Source of the DNA: Candidatus Nitrospinota bacterium M3_3B_026
GTDB taxonomy: Bacteria; Nitrospinota_A; UBA7883; JBPRGF01
Direction: 5' to 3'
DNA length: 64,000 nt
NCBI GenBank assembly: GCA_051418015.1
Contig: JBPRGF010000029.1
Coordinates: forward strand, 128,001-192,000
Each line of letters begins with the position of its first letter. Position 1 is the first letter of the stretch. Shown here in pieces: positions 48,212 through 57,923 of the stretch. A model generated the notes under the pieces. That model saw only the letters and a program-made list of their open reading frames with translations, did no database searches and was not told the origin of the DNA. The position numbers and the translations under genes were made by a program.

Positions 48212-50248
48212 TCATCCTTTTTCCCATCGCGGCTGCCCCACCATGACGCCGAGGTCCCTGTCGTCGGAGCTTGCGCCCTCCTTTTTCGGGTTGTAAACGC
48301 CGCCGGACTCTATCCAGAGGATAGCGCCTTTCCCAAGCCTCCCCTCGAAGAGCACAACATCTTTCCAGGCGGTATCGTGGAACAGCGCCTCTGTTCTCCG
48401 CCCGTCCAGCCAGAGGGTAACCTTGCGAGGGCTCGCGTCAAGCCCCGGTATGGGGGCGGACATGGGCAGGACCAGCCTTCCTTCCCCCGGCCCGATTTTC
48501 ATCACGGCCCTTTTGCCCGTCCAGCGCGCGCCGGCCCCGCCGGGCTGGCGCTCCCAGTTGTAAAAGCCTGTGCTGTAGCTTTCTGGGATGGGGCGGGCGG
48601 CCACGAGCCTGACCTGGTATGCGAACGCGAGCGCGACGAGAGCCATGACGGCGATGAAGGCTTTTTTGCCGAGCGGCCTTGGCGGAAAACCTTTGCTGAG
48701 ACCGGCCAGCAGTCCGAACTGGACCCAGAAAAATATCTCGATGGCGCGGCTGAGGAAAAGATGATGCGTCACTCCCATGAGCAGGAAGATGACGAGCGAG
48801 GCCAGCAGGGCGATGATCAGCGCCTTCTTCTGTGTCTTGCTATCCTGGTTTTTAAGCGCTCTGAAGCCCCCGGCGAGGACGGAGCCTGTAAGCAGCCCCC
48901 AGGCGGCCAGCCCTATAACGCCCTGGTTCGCCAGCATCTCGAAATAGGTGGAATGAGCCGTGGCGCCGGAAGCGAAGCCGATGTACTCCCAGTTGAACCA
49001 GTCCGAGGCGTAGTATTCCTTGAACATCGCCGTGTACCGGCCAAGGCCGACGCCGAGCAGCGGAGAGGACAGGAACATCAGGACGGCGGTGTGCCAGAGG
49101 AAAAAGCGCGGCTCCGAGACTCCGTGTTTCATGAAATAGAGAGGATCGCCGGCGAAGTCGCCGATGTTTTCGAAAAGCTCCATGTCGACTTTGCTCAATA
49201 TCTCGCCGTAGAGCCTCTGGAAGGCCAGGCCGCCCATGAGCGCGTATCCCCCAGCCGCGGCGGCGATCAAGATGAGCGCTGCGGCGTACACCCTCCCCGC
49301 CTTCGCGCGGCCCGCGGCATGATAGATATAAAGCCCCGCGGTGAATATGAGCGCGAGATACAAAAGAGCCGCCGATGTCCTCAACCCCCCCTGTATCACG
49401 CAGTAGGATATCAGGGCGAAGGCCGCCGACGCAGCGGCCAGGGAGACCGGCTGTCTCCGCCTGTCGAACATCGTGTAGAGCGCCGCAGGCAGGACAAGCA
49501 GCAGGTACTGGTTGAAAAAATGCAGGGCGAAGGCGAAGGCCGTGATCGACCCTCCGAAGCTCCCGACAAGCGATATGGTCAGATAGCGCCACGTCTCCTG
49601 CTCCTTCGGGACGAGGCCGTGGACCATCAGTATCCCCGCTATGCAGACGGCGCCAGCCACGTATGTCAGAGCCTCGAAAAGCCGCCGCGCAGGCCCCGCG
49701 CCCGCCGCCGAAAGCGTGTAAGCCAGGTAAAAAAGCGCCGCGCCGCTGGCCGTGTTCGTGAAAACGCGCAGGTAATGAACCGTCGGCTCAGGATGCGCCG
49801 CCAGCCACCACGCGAAAACATCCCCGGCGGAGGCGGCCCACGCCTCATATAGAAACTCCCTGCCGTCGATCGGGACGCTGGCGGCGGAGGCGGCGAGAAG
49901 GAAGATGAAAACGCGCCCGAGGGGAAAGGGGGGCGCATCTTTCCATCTTGCGGCGTGGAAGGCGGCGGAGGCGATCGTGATAAACACAAAAACCTCGGTC
50001 ATCCAGTAGCCGGGCCAGCCGCTCTCGCCGAGGTAAAAAGGGGCCGCAAGGAGCAAAAACACCGCGCCGTTTACGGGGTTTGTGAAGGCGATCGCGGCGA
50101 AAAAGGCCAGTATCATCGCCGCCGCCCAAGGCTCCGGCAGGGAGAAAAAATAAGCCAGAAGACCGACCACCGCGAAGAAGGCGGCGATCCAGAAAGGATC
50201 AACAAGCCGTTTCGTCACGGCGTCCCGGAGCCCTCCGCCCAACGTCAC
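48212..50248 (-). CDS. O-antigen ligase (WaaL/Wzy_C)-like membrane protein with C-terminal soluble domain
   Basis: Many TM helices, R..LW..A..MF..SPLLGVGLG, AHSTYFEMLANQG; GTG 50248 overlaps galE stop. Confidence 0.8.
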   Translation of the reverse strand: MTLGGGLRDAVTKRLVDPFWIAAFFAVVGLLAYFFSLPEPWAAAMILAFFAAIAFTNPVNGAVFLLLAAPFYLGESGWPGYWMTEVFVFITIASAAFHAARWKDAPPFPLGRVFIFLLAASAASVPIDGREFLYEAWAASAGDVFAWWLAAHPEPTVHYLRVFTNTASGAALFYLAYTLSAAGAGPARRLFEALTYVAGAVCIAGILMVHGLVPKEQETWRYLTISLVGSFGGSITAFAFALHFFNQYLLLVLPAALYTMFDRRRQPVSLAAASAAFALISYCVIQGGLRTSAALLYLALIFTAGLYIYHAAGRAKAGRVYAAALILIAAAAGGYALMGGLAFQRLYGEILSKVDMELFENIGDFAGDPLYFMKHGVSEPRFFLWHTAVLMFLSSPLLGVGLGRYTAMFKEYYASDWFNWEYIGFASGATAHSTYFEMLANQGVIGLAAWGLLTGSVLAGGFRALKNQDSKTQKKALIIALLASLVIFLLMGVTHHLFLSRAIEIFFWVQFGLLAGLSKGFPPRPLGKKAFIAVMALVALAFAYQVRLVAARPIPESYSTGFYNWERQPGGAGARWTGKRAVMKIGPGEGRLVLPMSAPIPGLDASPRKVTLWLDGRRTEALFHDTAWKDVVLFEGRLGKGAILWIESGGVYNPKKEGASSDDRDLGVMVGQPRWEKG

Positions 50249-51246
50249 GCCGCGGCGCCGTAGCCGTTCGGCCGGGAGGCGGTCCACCGGTGGGCGGTTT
50301 CGACGATCGGCTCAAGGCCGGGGCAGGAAGGTTTCCAGCCGAGGATTTTTTCGGCCTTCTCCGCCGAGGCCACAAGCTCCGGCGGGTCCCCCTCCCTGCG
50401 CGCGCCAGTGACGGCCCGGACCGGTGAGCCTGTCACCCTCTCCACGGTCTGTATCACCTGCCGCACCGAGTAGCCCCTGCCGGAGCCGAGGTTGAAGGCG
50501 TCCGGCGCGCCGCCGTCCATGATGTACTCCAGCGCCTTCAGGTGGGCGTCCGCCAGGTCCGTCACGTGGATATAGTCCCGGACGCACGTCCCGTCGGCGG
50601 TCGGGTAGTCATCGCCGTAGATGGTCATCCCCTCGCGCCGCCCCAGCGCCGTTTCGATGGCTATCGGGATAAGGTGCGTCTCCGGGTCGTGATCCTCGCC
50701 AAGCTCGCCTTCCGGGTCGGCCCCGGCGGCGTTGAAGTAGCGAAGGAATACGGGGCGAAGACCATCGGAGCGGGCGAGGTCGAGCGCCATCCTCTCGAAG
50801 ACCATTTTCGTGAACCCATAGGGGCTTACGGGGTTTAATGGATGATCCTCGCGGATCGGGACGGCCTGGGGGGCGCCGTAGACTGCGCAGGTGGAGGAGA
50901 AGACGAGGTTTTCCACGCCGTGTTTCGCCATCGACTCCAGCAGGGTCAGGCCGTTGGCGACGTTGTTGCGGTAGTATTTGGCCGGGTCGCGGACGGACTC
51001 GCCGACGTCGGCGGACGCGGCGAAATGCATGACGGCGGCGATCCTCCCGGAGGAAAAGATGTCGTCCAGGAGCCTTTCGTCCCCGATGTCGCCCACGACA
51101 AGCTCCCCGTCCAGGGCCGCCTCGCGGTGGCCGGTGGAGAGGTTGTCGAGCGTCAGCGTCTCCCACCCGGCCTTTCGCAGGAACCTGGCGCAATGGCTGC
51201 CGATGTACCCGGCGCCGCCGGTGACCAGGATTGTTTTCTGTCTCAT
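50245..51246 (-). CDS. galE: UDP-glucose 4-epimerase
   Basis: TGGAGYIGSH, HFAA...VGES, FSSTCAVYG, PYGFTK, LRYFNAAGA, ETHLIP, DGTCVRDYIHV. Confidence 0.95.
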   Translation of the reverse strand: MRQKTILVTGGAGYIGSHCARFLRKAGWETLTLDNLSTGHREAALDGELVVGDIGDERLLDDIFSSGRIAAVMHFAASADVGESVRDPAKYYRNNVANGLTLLESMAKHGVENLVFSSTCAVYGAPQAVPIREDHPLNPVSPYGFTKMVFERMALDLARSDGLRPVFLRYFNAAGADPEGELGEDHDPETHLIPIAIETALGRREGMTIYGDDYPTADGTCVRDYIHVTDLADAHLKALEYIMDGGAPDAFNLGSGRGYSVRQVIQTVERVTGSPVRAVTGARREGDPPELVASAEKAEKILGWKPSCPGLEPIVETAHRWTASRPNGYGAAA

Positions 51247-51281
51247 GTCCGGCGATGGATTATTGAAAAACTGTTTTCGAT

Positions 51282-51396
51282 TGTCATTCCTCGAAGCGAG
51301 GAATCCCGCTGTTTTCCCGGCGCAAGACTTCTCGCCGGCGCTCAGAGCGGAGCTGTTTCATCCGATGCGAGATGCTTCACTTCGTTCAGCATGACA
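51282..51396. repeat. REP-like palindrome, family A
   Basis: TGTCATTCCTCGAAGCGAGGAATC...CGAGATGCTTCACTTCGTTCAGCATGACA. Confidence 0.78.
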
Positions 51397-51410
51397 AGTT
51401 AATGGCTTTT

Positions 51411-53363
51411 TCAACCGCTTTTCCCGCCCGGCAGCATCTGGATGAGCCGCGCTTCCCCGCCGGAGCCATGGGCGGATGGGGCGTGATTTGTCCATGACAG
51501 GATGCGGCGGCATACTCCCTCCGGATCCGCCGCGCAGTCCTTCAGCGCCTGCTCCACGAGGGACTCCACCCCCGTCCACGCCGCCCCCTGGTTTCTCACC
51601 ATGTATATCTTGGGATGCGCCGTGGGGGCCAGCGCGTCGGCGTCGTCCGCAAGCTTCTCGGTGAGTTTCTCACCCGGCCGCAGGCCAGTGAAGACTATCT
51701 CTATGTCCCTTCCCGGCTCGAACCCGGCCATGCGTATCATCTTCTCCGCCAGGTCGACGATCCTCACCGGCTCGCCCATGTCCAGTATGTAAAGCCCCCC
51801 CTGCCGGCCCGTGCTCGCCGCCTGCAGGATGAGCAGCACCGCCTCCGGGATGGTCATAAAATACCTTGTCACGTCCTTGTGGGTCACCGTCACGGGGCCC
51901 CTGGCCTCTATCTGGCGGCGGAACAGGGGCACAACGCTGCCGTTGCTGCCAAGGACGTTGCCGAAGCGGACGGTCATGAACATCGTCCGGCTCGTCCTGG
52001 CGAGGCTCTGGAGGTACAACTCGCATATCCTCTTCGTCGCGCCCATGACGTTCGCCGGCTCGACGGCCTTGTCGGTGGATATGAGTATGAACCGCTCGAC
52101 GCCGCTTTTGCCGGCGAGGTCCGCCACGACCTTCATGCCGCCAATGTTGTTGCGCACAGCCTCCGCCTTGTTCTCCTCCATGAGCGGCACGTGCTTATGG
52201 GCCGCGGCGTGGAAGACGAACTGCGGCCTCGTTTCGGAGAAGATGCGCGCCATCCTCTCCTCCATGGTGATGTCCGCCACCTCGAAGCGGAGGCCGGCCG
52301 CGCCCCTGTTGTTCTCCAGGGTCACGCCGAGCTGGTGCAGATAGTTTTCGCTCTTGTCCACGAGGATCAGCTCCGAGGGGCCGAACTCGGCTATCTGGGA
52401 GGCCAGCTGGGCGCCTATGGAGCCGCCCGCGCCGGTTATCAGAACGCGCTTGCCCTTCAGGGCGCTCTCCACGCTGGAGTAGTCTATGCTCACCGGCTCG
52501 CGGTTCAAAAGGTCCTCTATCCTTATGTCCCGCAGCCTCGAGACGTCTATCTCCCGCTCGCTGTCAAGGTAGGGCGGGACGACCCGGAGGGAAACCTTCA
52601 GCCCCCGGCAGACGGCGTTGATCCGCTCCAGCCTGTCGCCGGAAAGCTGCGAGGCCACGAGAAGCTCCCGGACAGAGAAGCGCTCCACGATCTCCTCGAA
52701 CCTGTCCATGGAGCTCAAAACCGGGTATCCGTGGATATGGACGCCTTCGTATTTATGGTCATCGTCCACGAACCCCACCGGCTCGTAACGCGACTTGCTG
52801 ACGCCGCTCAGAAGGGAGCGCAGAAGGAGCACCCCGCGCTCGTTGGCGCCGTATATGACCACGGGAATCCCCTCGCCGGCCTCGCCCTTCATGAAGCCGC
52901 CGGACGGGTGAAACGCTTTTGAAATCCTCCTGAGCCCCCACCCCCTGTCGTAAAAAAGGCGGATGGCCAGCCGGAACATCCCGATGAAAAGAATGGTCAG
53001 GACCGCGTCGATGACGAAGACGGAGCGGGAGACGACGCCCGTTATGTTCGAGTAATGGAAAAAGAATATCCACACCATGACCACGGCGAAACTTATCGCC
53101 GTCGCCTTGGCCAGGTTCAGAATGTCCACGATCCCGGTGTAGCGCCACATGCCGGACTCGAGGCCGTAGACCGCGAACGCGGCAATCTTCAACCCCACTA
53201 GAGGGAAGACGGACTGCCAGAAGAACCTGTATACGTCCGGGTCGGGGGAGATTGTCTCGAACCGGAGCCAGTAGGCCGCCCAGTAAGCGAAAAACAGGAG
53301 AAGGGCGTCCGTGAGCAGGACTATGTAAGTGTGCGGATTCCTGAAGGCTATCTTTGGTCTCAT
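51411..53363 (-). CDS. Membrane-bound UDP-GlcNAc 4,6-dehydratase (PglF/WbpM/CapD family)
   Basis: 4 N-terminal TMs, CoA-binding-like domain, TGAGGSIG, HAAAHKHVP, STDKAV, MGATKR, RFGNVLGS. Confidence 0.92.
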   Translation of the reverse strand: MRPKIAFRNPHTYIVLLTDALLLFFAYWAAYWLRFETISPDPDVYRFFWQSVFPLVGLKIAAFAVYGLESGMWRYTGIVDILNLAKATAISFAVVMVWIFFFHYSNITGVVSRSVFVIDAVLTILFIGMFRLAIRLFYDRGWGLRRISKAFHPSGGFMKGEAGEGIPVVIYGANERGVLLLRSLLSGVSKSRYEPVGFVDDDHKYEGVHIHGYPVLSSMDRFEEIVERFSVRELLVASQLSGDRLERINAVCRGLKVSLRVVPPYLDSEREIDVSRLRDIRIEDLLNREPVSIDYSSVESALKGKRVLITGAGGSIGAQLASQIAEFGPSELILVDKSENYLHQLGVTLENNRGAAGLRFEVADITMEERMARIFSETRPQFVFHAAAHKHVPLMEENKAEAVRNNIGGMKVVADLAGKSGVERFILISTDKAVEPANVMGATKRICELYLQSLARTSRTMFMTVRFGNVLGSNGSVVPLFRRQIEARGPVTVTHKDVTRYFMTIPEAVLLILQAASTGRQGGLYILDMGEPVRIVDLAEKMIRMAGFEPGRDIEIVFTGLRPGEKLTEKLADDADALAPTAHPKIYMVRNQGAAWTGVESLVEQALKDCAADPEGVCRRILSWTNHAPSAHGSGGEARLIQMLPGGKSG

Positions 53364-53495
53364 AATAGAAATCGCGCCCCCGAGGCGCCTGCCGTCTTTG
53401 CGGAACTTTTTGAAAATTATGACATCAGCGGTCCGCCCTTACAAACAAAAAACATCCCGCGGCGCCCCGGGAGGCGGGTGCCGGGCCTTGTTTTC

Positions 53496-55307
53496 CTATC
53501 GGCCGCCCTCCCGGGAAGTCAAGGAAGCCGGCCCCGAACCCGCCGCCGCGAGCCTTTCGTCATACGGCTTCCCGGCGCAGTCCAGGAATATGCGCGCGGA
53601 GCAGCTTCTGCAGATATCATCATCCAGCTTGCTCACTATCGTCCGTATGGCCTCCTCCTTGGAGCGGAAGAGGTTCTCCTCGCCGATGGTCTTGATATGC
53701 CCGCCCCTCTCCAGCATGGAGAGCACGCCCCCCTTCAGCCTGTAAAAGTAGAGGTCACCCCCCTTGGCCCTCCTTCGCTCAAGCTCCTCCATGATCATTT
53801 CCATTCCGGCCACGTCTATGAAGTTTACCCCCTGGGAGACGATGAGGGCGTGTATTTGCTTCGGCGTCTTGCTGTCCATCTCCATCAGCGCCCGCGCCAC
53901 GTGGCTGACGGACCCGAAGTAGAGCGAGCCGTCTATCCTTATGATCTTGAACTGGGGACACTCCGGCAATCTCGGATTCGTGGTGAAGGAGCGCCTCGGC
54001 GACGCGGGGTCGGGCACACGGCTCAGGACGGTGGGCTTGGCGGTCTTGTTCAGGTAGAGCAGCAGCGAAAAGAGCATGCCGACATATATGGCGAACTCAA
54101 GCTTCACGAGAAGCGTGGCGAAAAAGGTCACCAGCAGCACGGCGTACTCGGCCTTGCTGGCCCTGAATATGGCCCTTATGTGGCGCATGTCGATAAGGTT
54201 GTAGGCCACCAGCAGGACTATCCCGCCCATCGCCGGGATCGGAAGATACGCCGCCAGCGGCGCCACGAAGAACAGGATCAGCGCAAGCGACAAGGCCGCG
54301 AACACCGCCGCCAGCGGCGTCTTCGCCCCGGCGGAGTAGTTTATCCCGCTCCTCGTGAACGAGCCGGAGGACGCGTAGCAGGAGAAAAAGCTCCCCACGA
54401 TGTTCGAGAGCCCCTGGCCTATGAACTCCTGGTTGCCCTCTATCCTCTGGCGGGACTTCGTGGCGATCGAGCGGGCGATGGATATGGCCTCGATAAGCCC
54501 CATCATCGCCACCGCCACGGCCCCAGGCGCCATCTCCCGCAGCGCCGCGGCGGAAAAGTCCGGGACGGAAAAGGGCGGCAGGTGGGAAGGGAGCGAGCCG
54601 ACGACAGCTATCCCCTGCGCCTCGCCTCCGAGCAGCCAGGCCACGACGCCCCCGGCCACCATCCCGAAAAGCATCCCCGGCCAGCGGGGCCTCGCCTTTT
54701 TAACGATCACCACCACCGCCAGCGTCACCGCCGCGACGGCGACGGCGTAGGGGTTGGTCTCCGGAGCGGCGCGGAAAAGGTCCACCCACGTATGCAAAAA
54801 CGACTCGCCCTTGGGAATCGTGACGCCCAGGCAGTGTTTGACCTGGCTGGTGGCGATAAGTATCGCCGCGCCGCTGGTGAAGCCTATCACCACCGTGTGC
54901 GATATGAAGTTCACCACCGCGCCCATCCGGGCCACGCCGAGCGCGAACTGGGCCAGCCCGGCGAGAAAGGTCAGCGTGAGAGCCAGGGAGACGAACCCCG
55001 CCGTACCCGGCTCGGCGTGAGGGCTTACCGTGGAGAAGACGACTATCGATATCGCCGTCGTCGGCCCGGAGATAAGATGCATCGAGGAGCCGAAAAGCCC
55101 CGCGACAATCGGCGGGATGATCGCCGTGTAAAGCCCGTACTCCGGCGGCAGGCCCGCTATCATCGCGAAGGCCACCCCCTGCGGCAGGACGACAAAGGCG
55201 TTCGTCACGCCCGCCATCAGGTCGTCTTTCAGCGTCTCCCGGCGGACGCTCCCCATCCACGAAAGAAAAGGCAGCGCCCTGTATAGCCAGGCCCCGGCGT
55301 TTGTCAC
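53496..55307 (-). CDS. SulP family anion transporter with STAS domain
   Basis: DLMAG...LPQG.AFA.IAGLP..YGLY, GPT, NQEFIGQG, SGSFTRS, STAS LYFG/FID, C-terminal CRSCSARIFLDC. Confidence 0.93.
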   Translation of the reverse strand: MTNAGAWLYRALPFLSWMGSVRRETLKDDLMAGVTNAFVVLPQGVAFAMIAGLPPEYGLYTAIIPPIVAGLFGSSMHLISGPTTAISIVVFSTVSPHAEPGTAGFVSLALTLTFLAGLAQFALGVARMGAVVNFISHTVVIGFTSGAAILIATSQVKHCLGVTIPKGESFLHTWVDLFRAAPETNPYAVAVAAVTLAVVVIVKKARPRWPGMLFGMVAGGVVAWLLGGEAQGIAVVGSLPSHLPPFSVPDFSAAALREMAPGAVAVAMMGLIEAISIARSIATKSRQRIEGNQEFIGQGLSNIVGSFFSCYASSGSFTRSGINYSAGAKTPLAAVFAALSLALILFFVAPLAAYLPIPAMGGIVLLVAYNLIDMRHIRAIFRASKAEYAVLLVTFFATLLVKLEFAIYVGMLFSLLLYLNKTAKPTVLSRVPDPASPRRSFTTNPRLPECPQFKIIRIDGSLYFGSVSHVARALMEMDSKTPKQIHALIVSQGVNFIDVAGMEMIMEELERRRAKGGDLYFYRLKGGVLSMLERGGHIKTIGEENLFRSKEEAIRTIVSKLDDDICRSCSARIFLDCAGKPYDERLAAAGSGPASLTSREGGR

Positions 55308-55565
55308 GGCAGACGCTCCATGAGGAGCCCGTCCCTCGGCGATCCGGGTGTCAAAGGAGAAACCGGGGAACTATCGGGAACGGGCATCGTAAAAAACAGG
55401 CTCTACAGTCGAACGTGGTGTTTATATGGATAATTTCGACTTAGTATAATAACAAATCCGTTGCAGGTGGACCGCGGAGCGAAAAAAGACGTATATTACC
55501 AGAAGTCCGAAAAAGGCTCAAACACGCGCCGGCTCAAGGCGCGCCAAAGCGGAAAGGAGGAGGCC

Positions 55566-56066
55566 ATGGCGTCTGTCACGTTCAAGGGAAACCCTGTAAA
55601 CACCGTTGGGGATTTGCCGTCCGCCGGATCCACCGCGCCGGATTTCACCCTCACGAAGACGGACCTCTCGGACGTCTCCCTGAAGGATTTTTCCGGCAAG
55701 AGGATCGTCCTGAACATCTTCCCCAGCGTCGATACCCCCGTCTGCGCCGCCTCGGTGCGGAGGTTCAACCAGGAGGCGGACAAGCTGCCGGACACCGTCG
55801 TCCTCGGCGTCTCGCTGGACCTGCCCTTCGCCCACAAGCGCTTCTGCTCGGCGGAGGGGATAGAGAGCGTCATATCCGTCACGGAGCTTCGCGACAGGAG
55901 GTTCGGCGAGGACTACGGCGTCCGGATGGTGGACGGGCCGCTGGCGGGTCTTCTGTCCAGGGCGGTCGTCATCATCGATGAGAACGGAAAGGTCGTCTAC
56001 ACCGAGCAGGTCCCGGAGATAACCCAGGAGCCGGACTACGAGGCGGCCCTGAAGGCTCTCTCCTGA
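55566..56066 (+). CDS. tpx: Thiol peroxidase
   Basis: FPSVDTPVC, SLDLPFA.KRFC, GLLSRAV, EPDY; GGAGGAGG RBS. Confidence 0.95.
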   Translation: MASVTFKGNPVNTVGDLPSAGSTAPDFTLTKTDLSDVSLKDFSGKRIVLNIFPSVDTPVCAASVRRFNQEADKLPDTVVLGVSLDLPFAHKRFCSAEGIESVISVTELRDRRFGEDYGVRMVDGPLAGLLSRAVVIIDENGKVVYTEQVPEITQEPDYEAALKALS

Positions 56067-56162
56067 AAAACCATTTTCCTATGACTTTCGGCATCGCGCC
56101 GCGGAGCCCCATCGGCTATAAAGGGCGTCAACCTTCCGTTTTCATATAGGAGTTTTGTTTCC

Positions 56163-56618
56163 ATGAGATTTTTCGCCATTTTCGCCGCCGCTGTTCTTTT
56201 CACATCCGGCGCCGCCTCGGCTTCCGAAAGAATGAAGCAGGCCGGGCAGGAGAACGAACACGTAAAAAAGGTGACGGGCGGGGAAAGCTCCGGCCTCACG
56301 CTCATCCAGGTGATGCAGGACCTGGCCGCGCAGCTTTCCCGGATACAGTTCGGCATACTCACCAATAACAGGCACATGATAAAACAGGGCGCGCAAGACA
56401 TCGCCGATCACCCCGCGCCGGAGGGGGGCATCGCGCCTTACATCAAGAAAAACCCGGAGCAGGTGAAATCCGTCGTCCCGGTGATGGACAAGCAGGTGCA
56501 CAAGACGGCGGTGGAAATGACGCAGGCGGCAGGCTCCGCCCCCATGCTGGAGCTGCAAAAGATGGCGGACAAAATAACCTCCGGCTGCGTCTCCTGCCAC
56601 GACCTTTTCCGGGACTGA
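56163..56618 (+). CDS. Class II (c'-like) cytochrome c
   Basis: Signal peptide, helical body, single C-terminal CVSCH..FR. Confidence 0.8.
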   Translation: MRFFAIFAAAVLFTSGAASASERMKQAGQENEHVKKVTGGESSGLTLIQVMQDLAAQLSRIQFGILTNNRHMIKQGAQDIADHPAPEGGIAPYIKKNPEQVKSVVPVMDKQVHKTAVEMTQAAGSAPMLELQKMADKITSGCVSCHDLFRD

Positions 56619-56674
56619 AAGCGGGCCGCCAAAAGCCCCGGCGGCGTTTGCGCGCGGGGATTTTCCGTTCATCA

Positions 56675-57805
56675 TCACACCGGCGCCATCCGCCCCAGGA
56701 TCGCGCCGCCTTTTGCCCCGGTGATCGGCGAAAGGTCCAGCCTCACGCCCCTGTCGGCGTAGACCGCGAGGAGCGCCATCAGCGCCCCCTCGACCGCGAG
56801 GGGCGGCGCCCCCAGCGCTCCGGAGGGCGCTACGTCCACGCCGGAGGGCGCCAGCGCCCGCATCCTGCGGACAAGATGCCCGTTCTTCGCCCCGCCGCCG
56901 CAGAGGACGATCCTCCCCGGCCACCCCGCCCGGCGAAGCAGCCCGCTGACGTCGTTCATGACGGACCTGGCCGTAAGCTCCGCCAGCGTGGCGAGCAGGT
57001 CCTCCGCGCTCCCGGCCCAGCCGTCCAGACCCGCCCGGCGCCAGAAAGGCTCGCCGAAAGCCTCGCGCCCCGTCGATTTCGGCGGTCGGCGCCGAAAATA
57101 TGGATCCGAGAGAGTCCCGCGCAGAAGTTTTTGATCCACCCTCCCGGCGGAGGCCAGCCTGCCGTTTTTGTCATACGGCCCGGCGCCGAAGCGGCGCGCC
57201 GCCATGTCCATGAGGATGTTTCCCGGCCCCGTGTCCCAAGCCAGAAGTTTTGAGAGCTCCCGCGCCCCCGCGGGGATATGAGTGACGTTGGCTATCCCGC
57301 CGATGTTCACCACGATGACGTCCATCCTCCGATCGCCGAACAGGGGCAGATGGACGATTGGAGCGAGCGGAGCGCCCTGCCCGCCACGGGCCACGTCGGC
57401 GGACCGGAAGTCGCTCCATGTCCTGACACCCGTTCGCGCGGCGATGACGGCGGCATCGCCCACCTGCAGCGTCGCCCCTCTCTCCGGCGCGTGGCGGACG
57501 GTCTGTCCGTGGGCGCCTATGAGGCCGACCTTTTTTCCCGCAAGCTCCGGCCTCGCCATAGCCTTAAGCGCCGCCCTGGCGAAAACCTCGCCCACACGGG
57601 CGTGGAGCAGGAGCAGGTCGTCAACTGTCCCCTCGCCGGGGGTGGCGGCGGCGGAAAGCATCCGCCTGACCCTCGGCGGATACGGCGTCTTCGCGCTGGC
57701 CAGGATTTTAAGACGCGGCTGTCCCGCTTTTATTTTTATATCGCAGGCCACGGCGTCCACCCCGTCCATCGACGTGCCGGACATCAGCCCCACGGCTATG
57801 GTCAT
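56675..57805 (-). CDS. anmK: Anhydro-N-acetylmuramic acid kinase
   Basis: GLMSGTSMDGVD, HGQT..H, DFR..D.A.GGQGAPL, NIGGIAN, DTGPGN, PKSTGRE, CGGG; start may be 57832. Confidence 0.95.
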   Translation of the reverse strand: MTIAVGLMSGTSMDGVDAVACDIKIKAGQPRLKILASAKTPYPPRVRRMLSAAATPGEGTVDDLLLLHARVGEVFARAALKAMARPELAGKKVGLIGAHGQTVRHAPERGATLQVGDAAVIAARTGVRTWSDFRSADVARGGQGAPLAPIVHLPLFGDRRMDVIVVNIGGIANVTHIPAGARELSKLLAWDTGPGNILMDMAARRFGAGPYDKNGRLASAGRVDQKLLRGTLSDPYFRRRPPKSTGREAFGEPFWRRAGLDGWAGSAEDLLATLAELTARSVMNDVSGLLRRAGWPGRIVLCGGGAKNGHLVRRMRALAPSGVDVAPSGALGAPPLAVEGALMALLAVYADRGVRLDLSPITGAKGGAILGRMAPV

Positions 57806-57923
57806 CTTTTTTTCTCCGGGTTTTTGCGCCAATGAAAGCCCCGCAAAATCATATCATTATGCGATATATCCTGCGGAATATCACGGGGTACGGCCATGAC
57901 CGGCAAAACTTTTCGCGCGGCGT

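Noticed and set aside
42755..57805. anmK and nagZ as ends of a disrupted operon marking a 13-kb insertion
   Set aside because: Same strand and same pathway, but no integrase, direct repeats or compositional break seen; cannot be supported without comparative genomes
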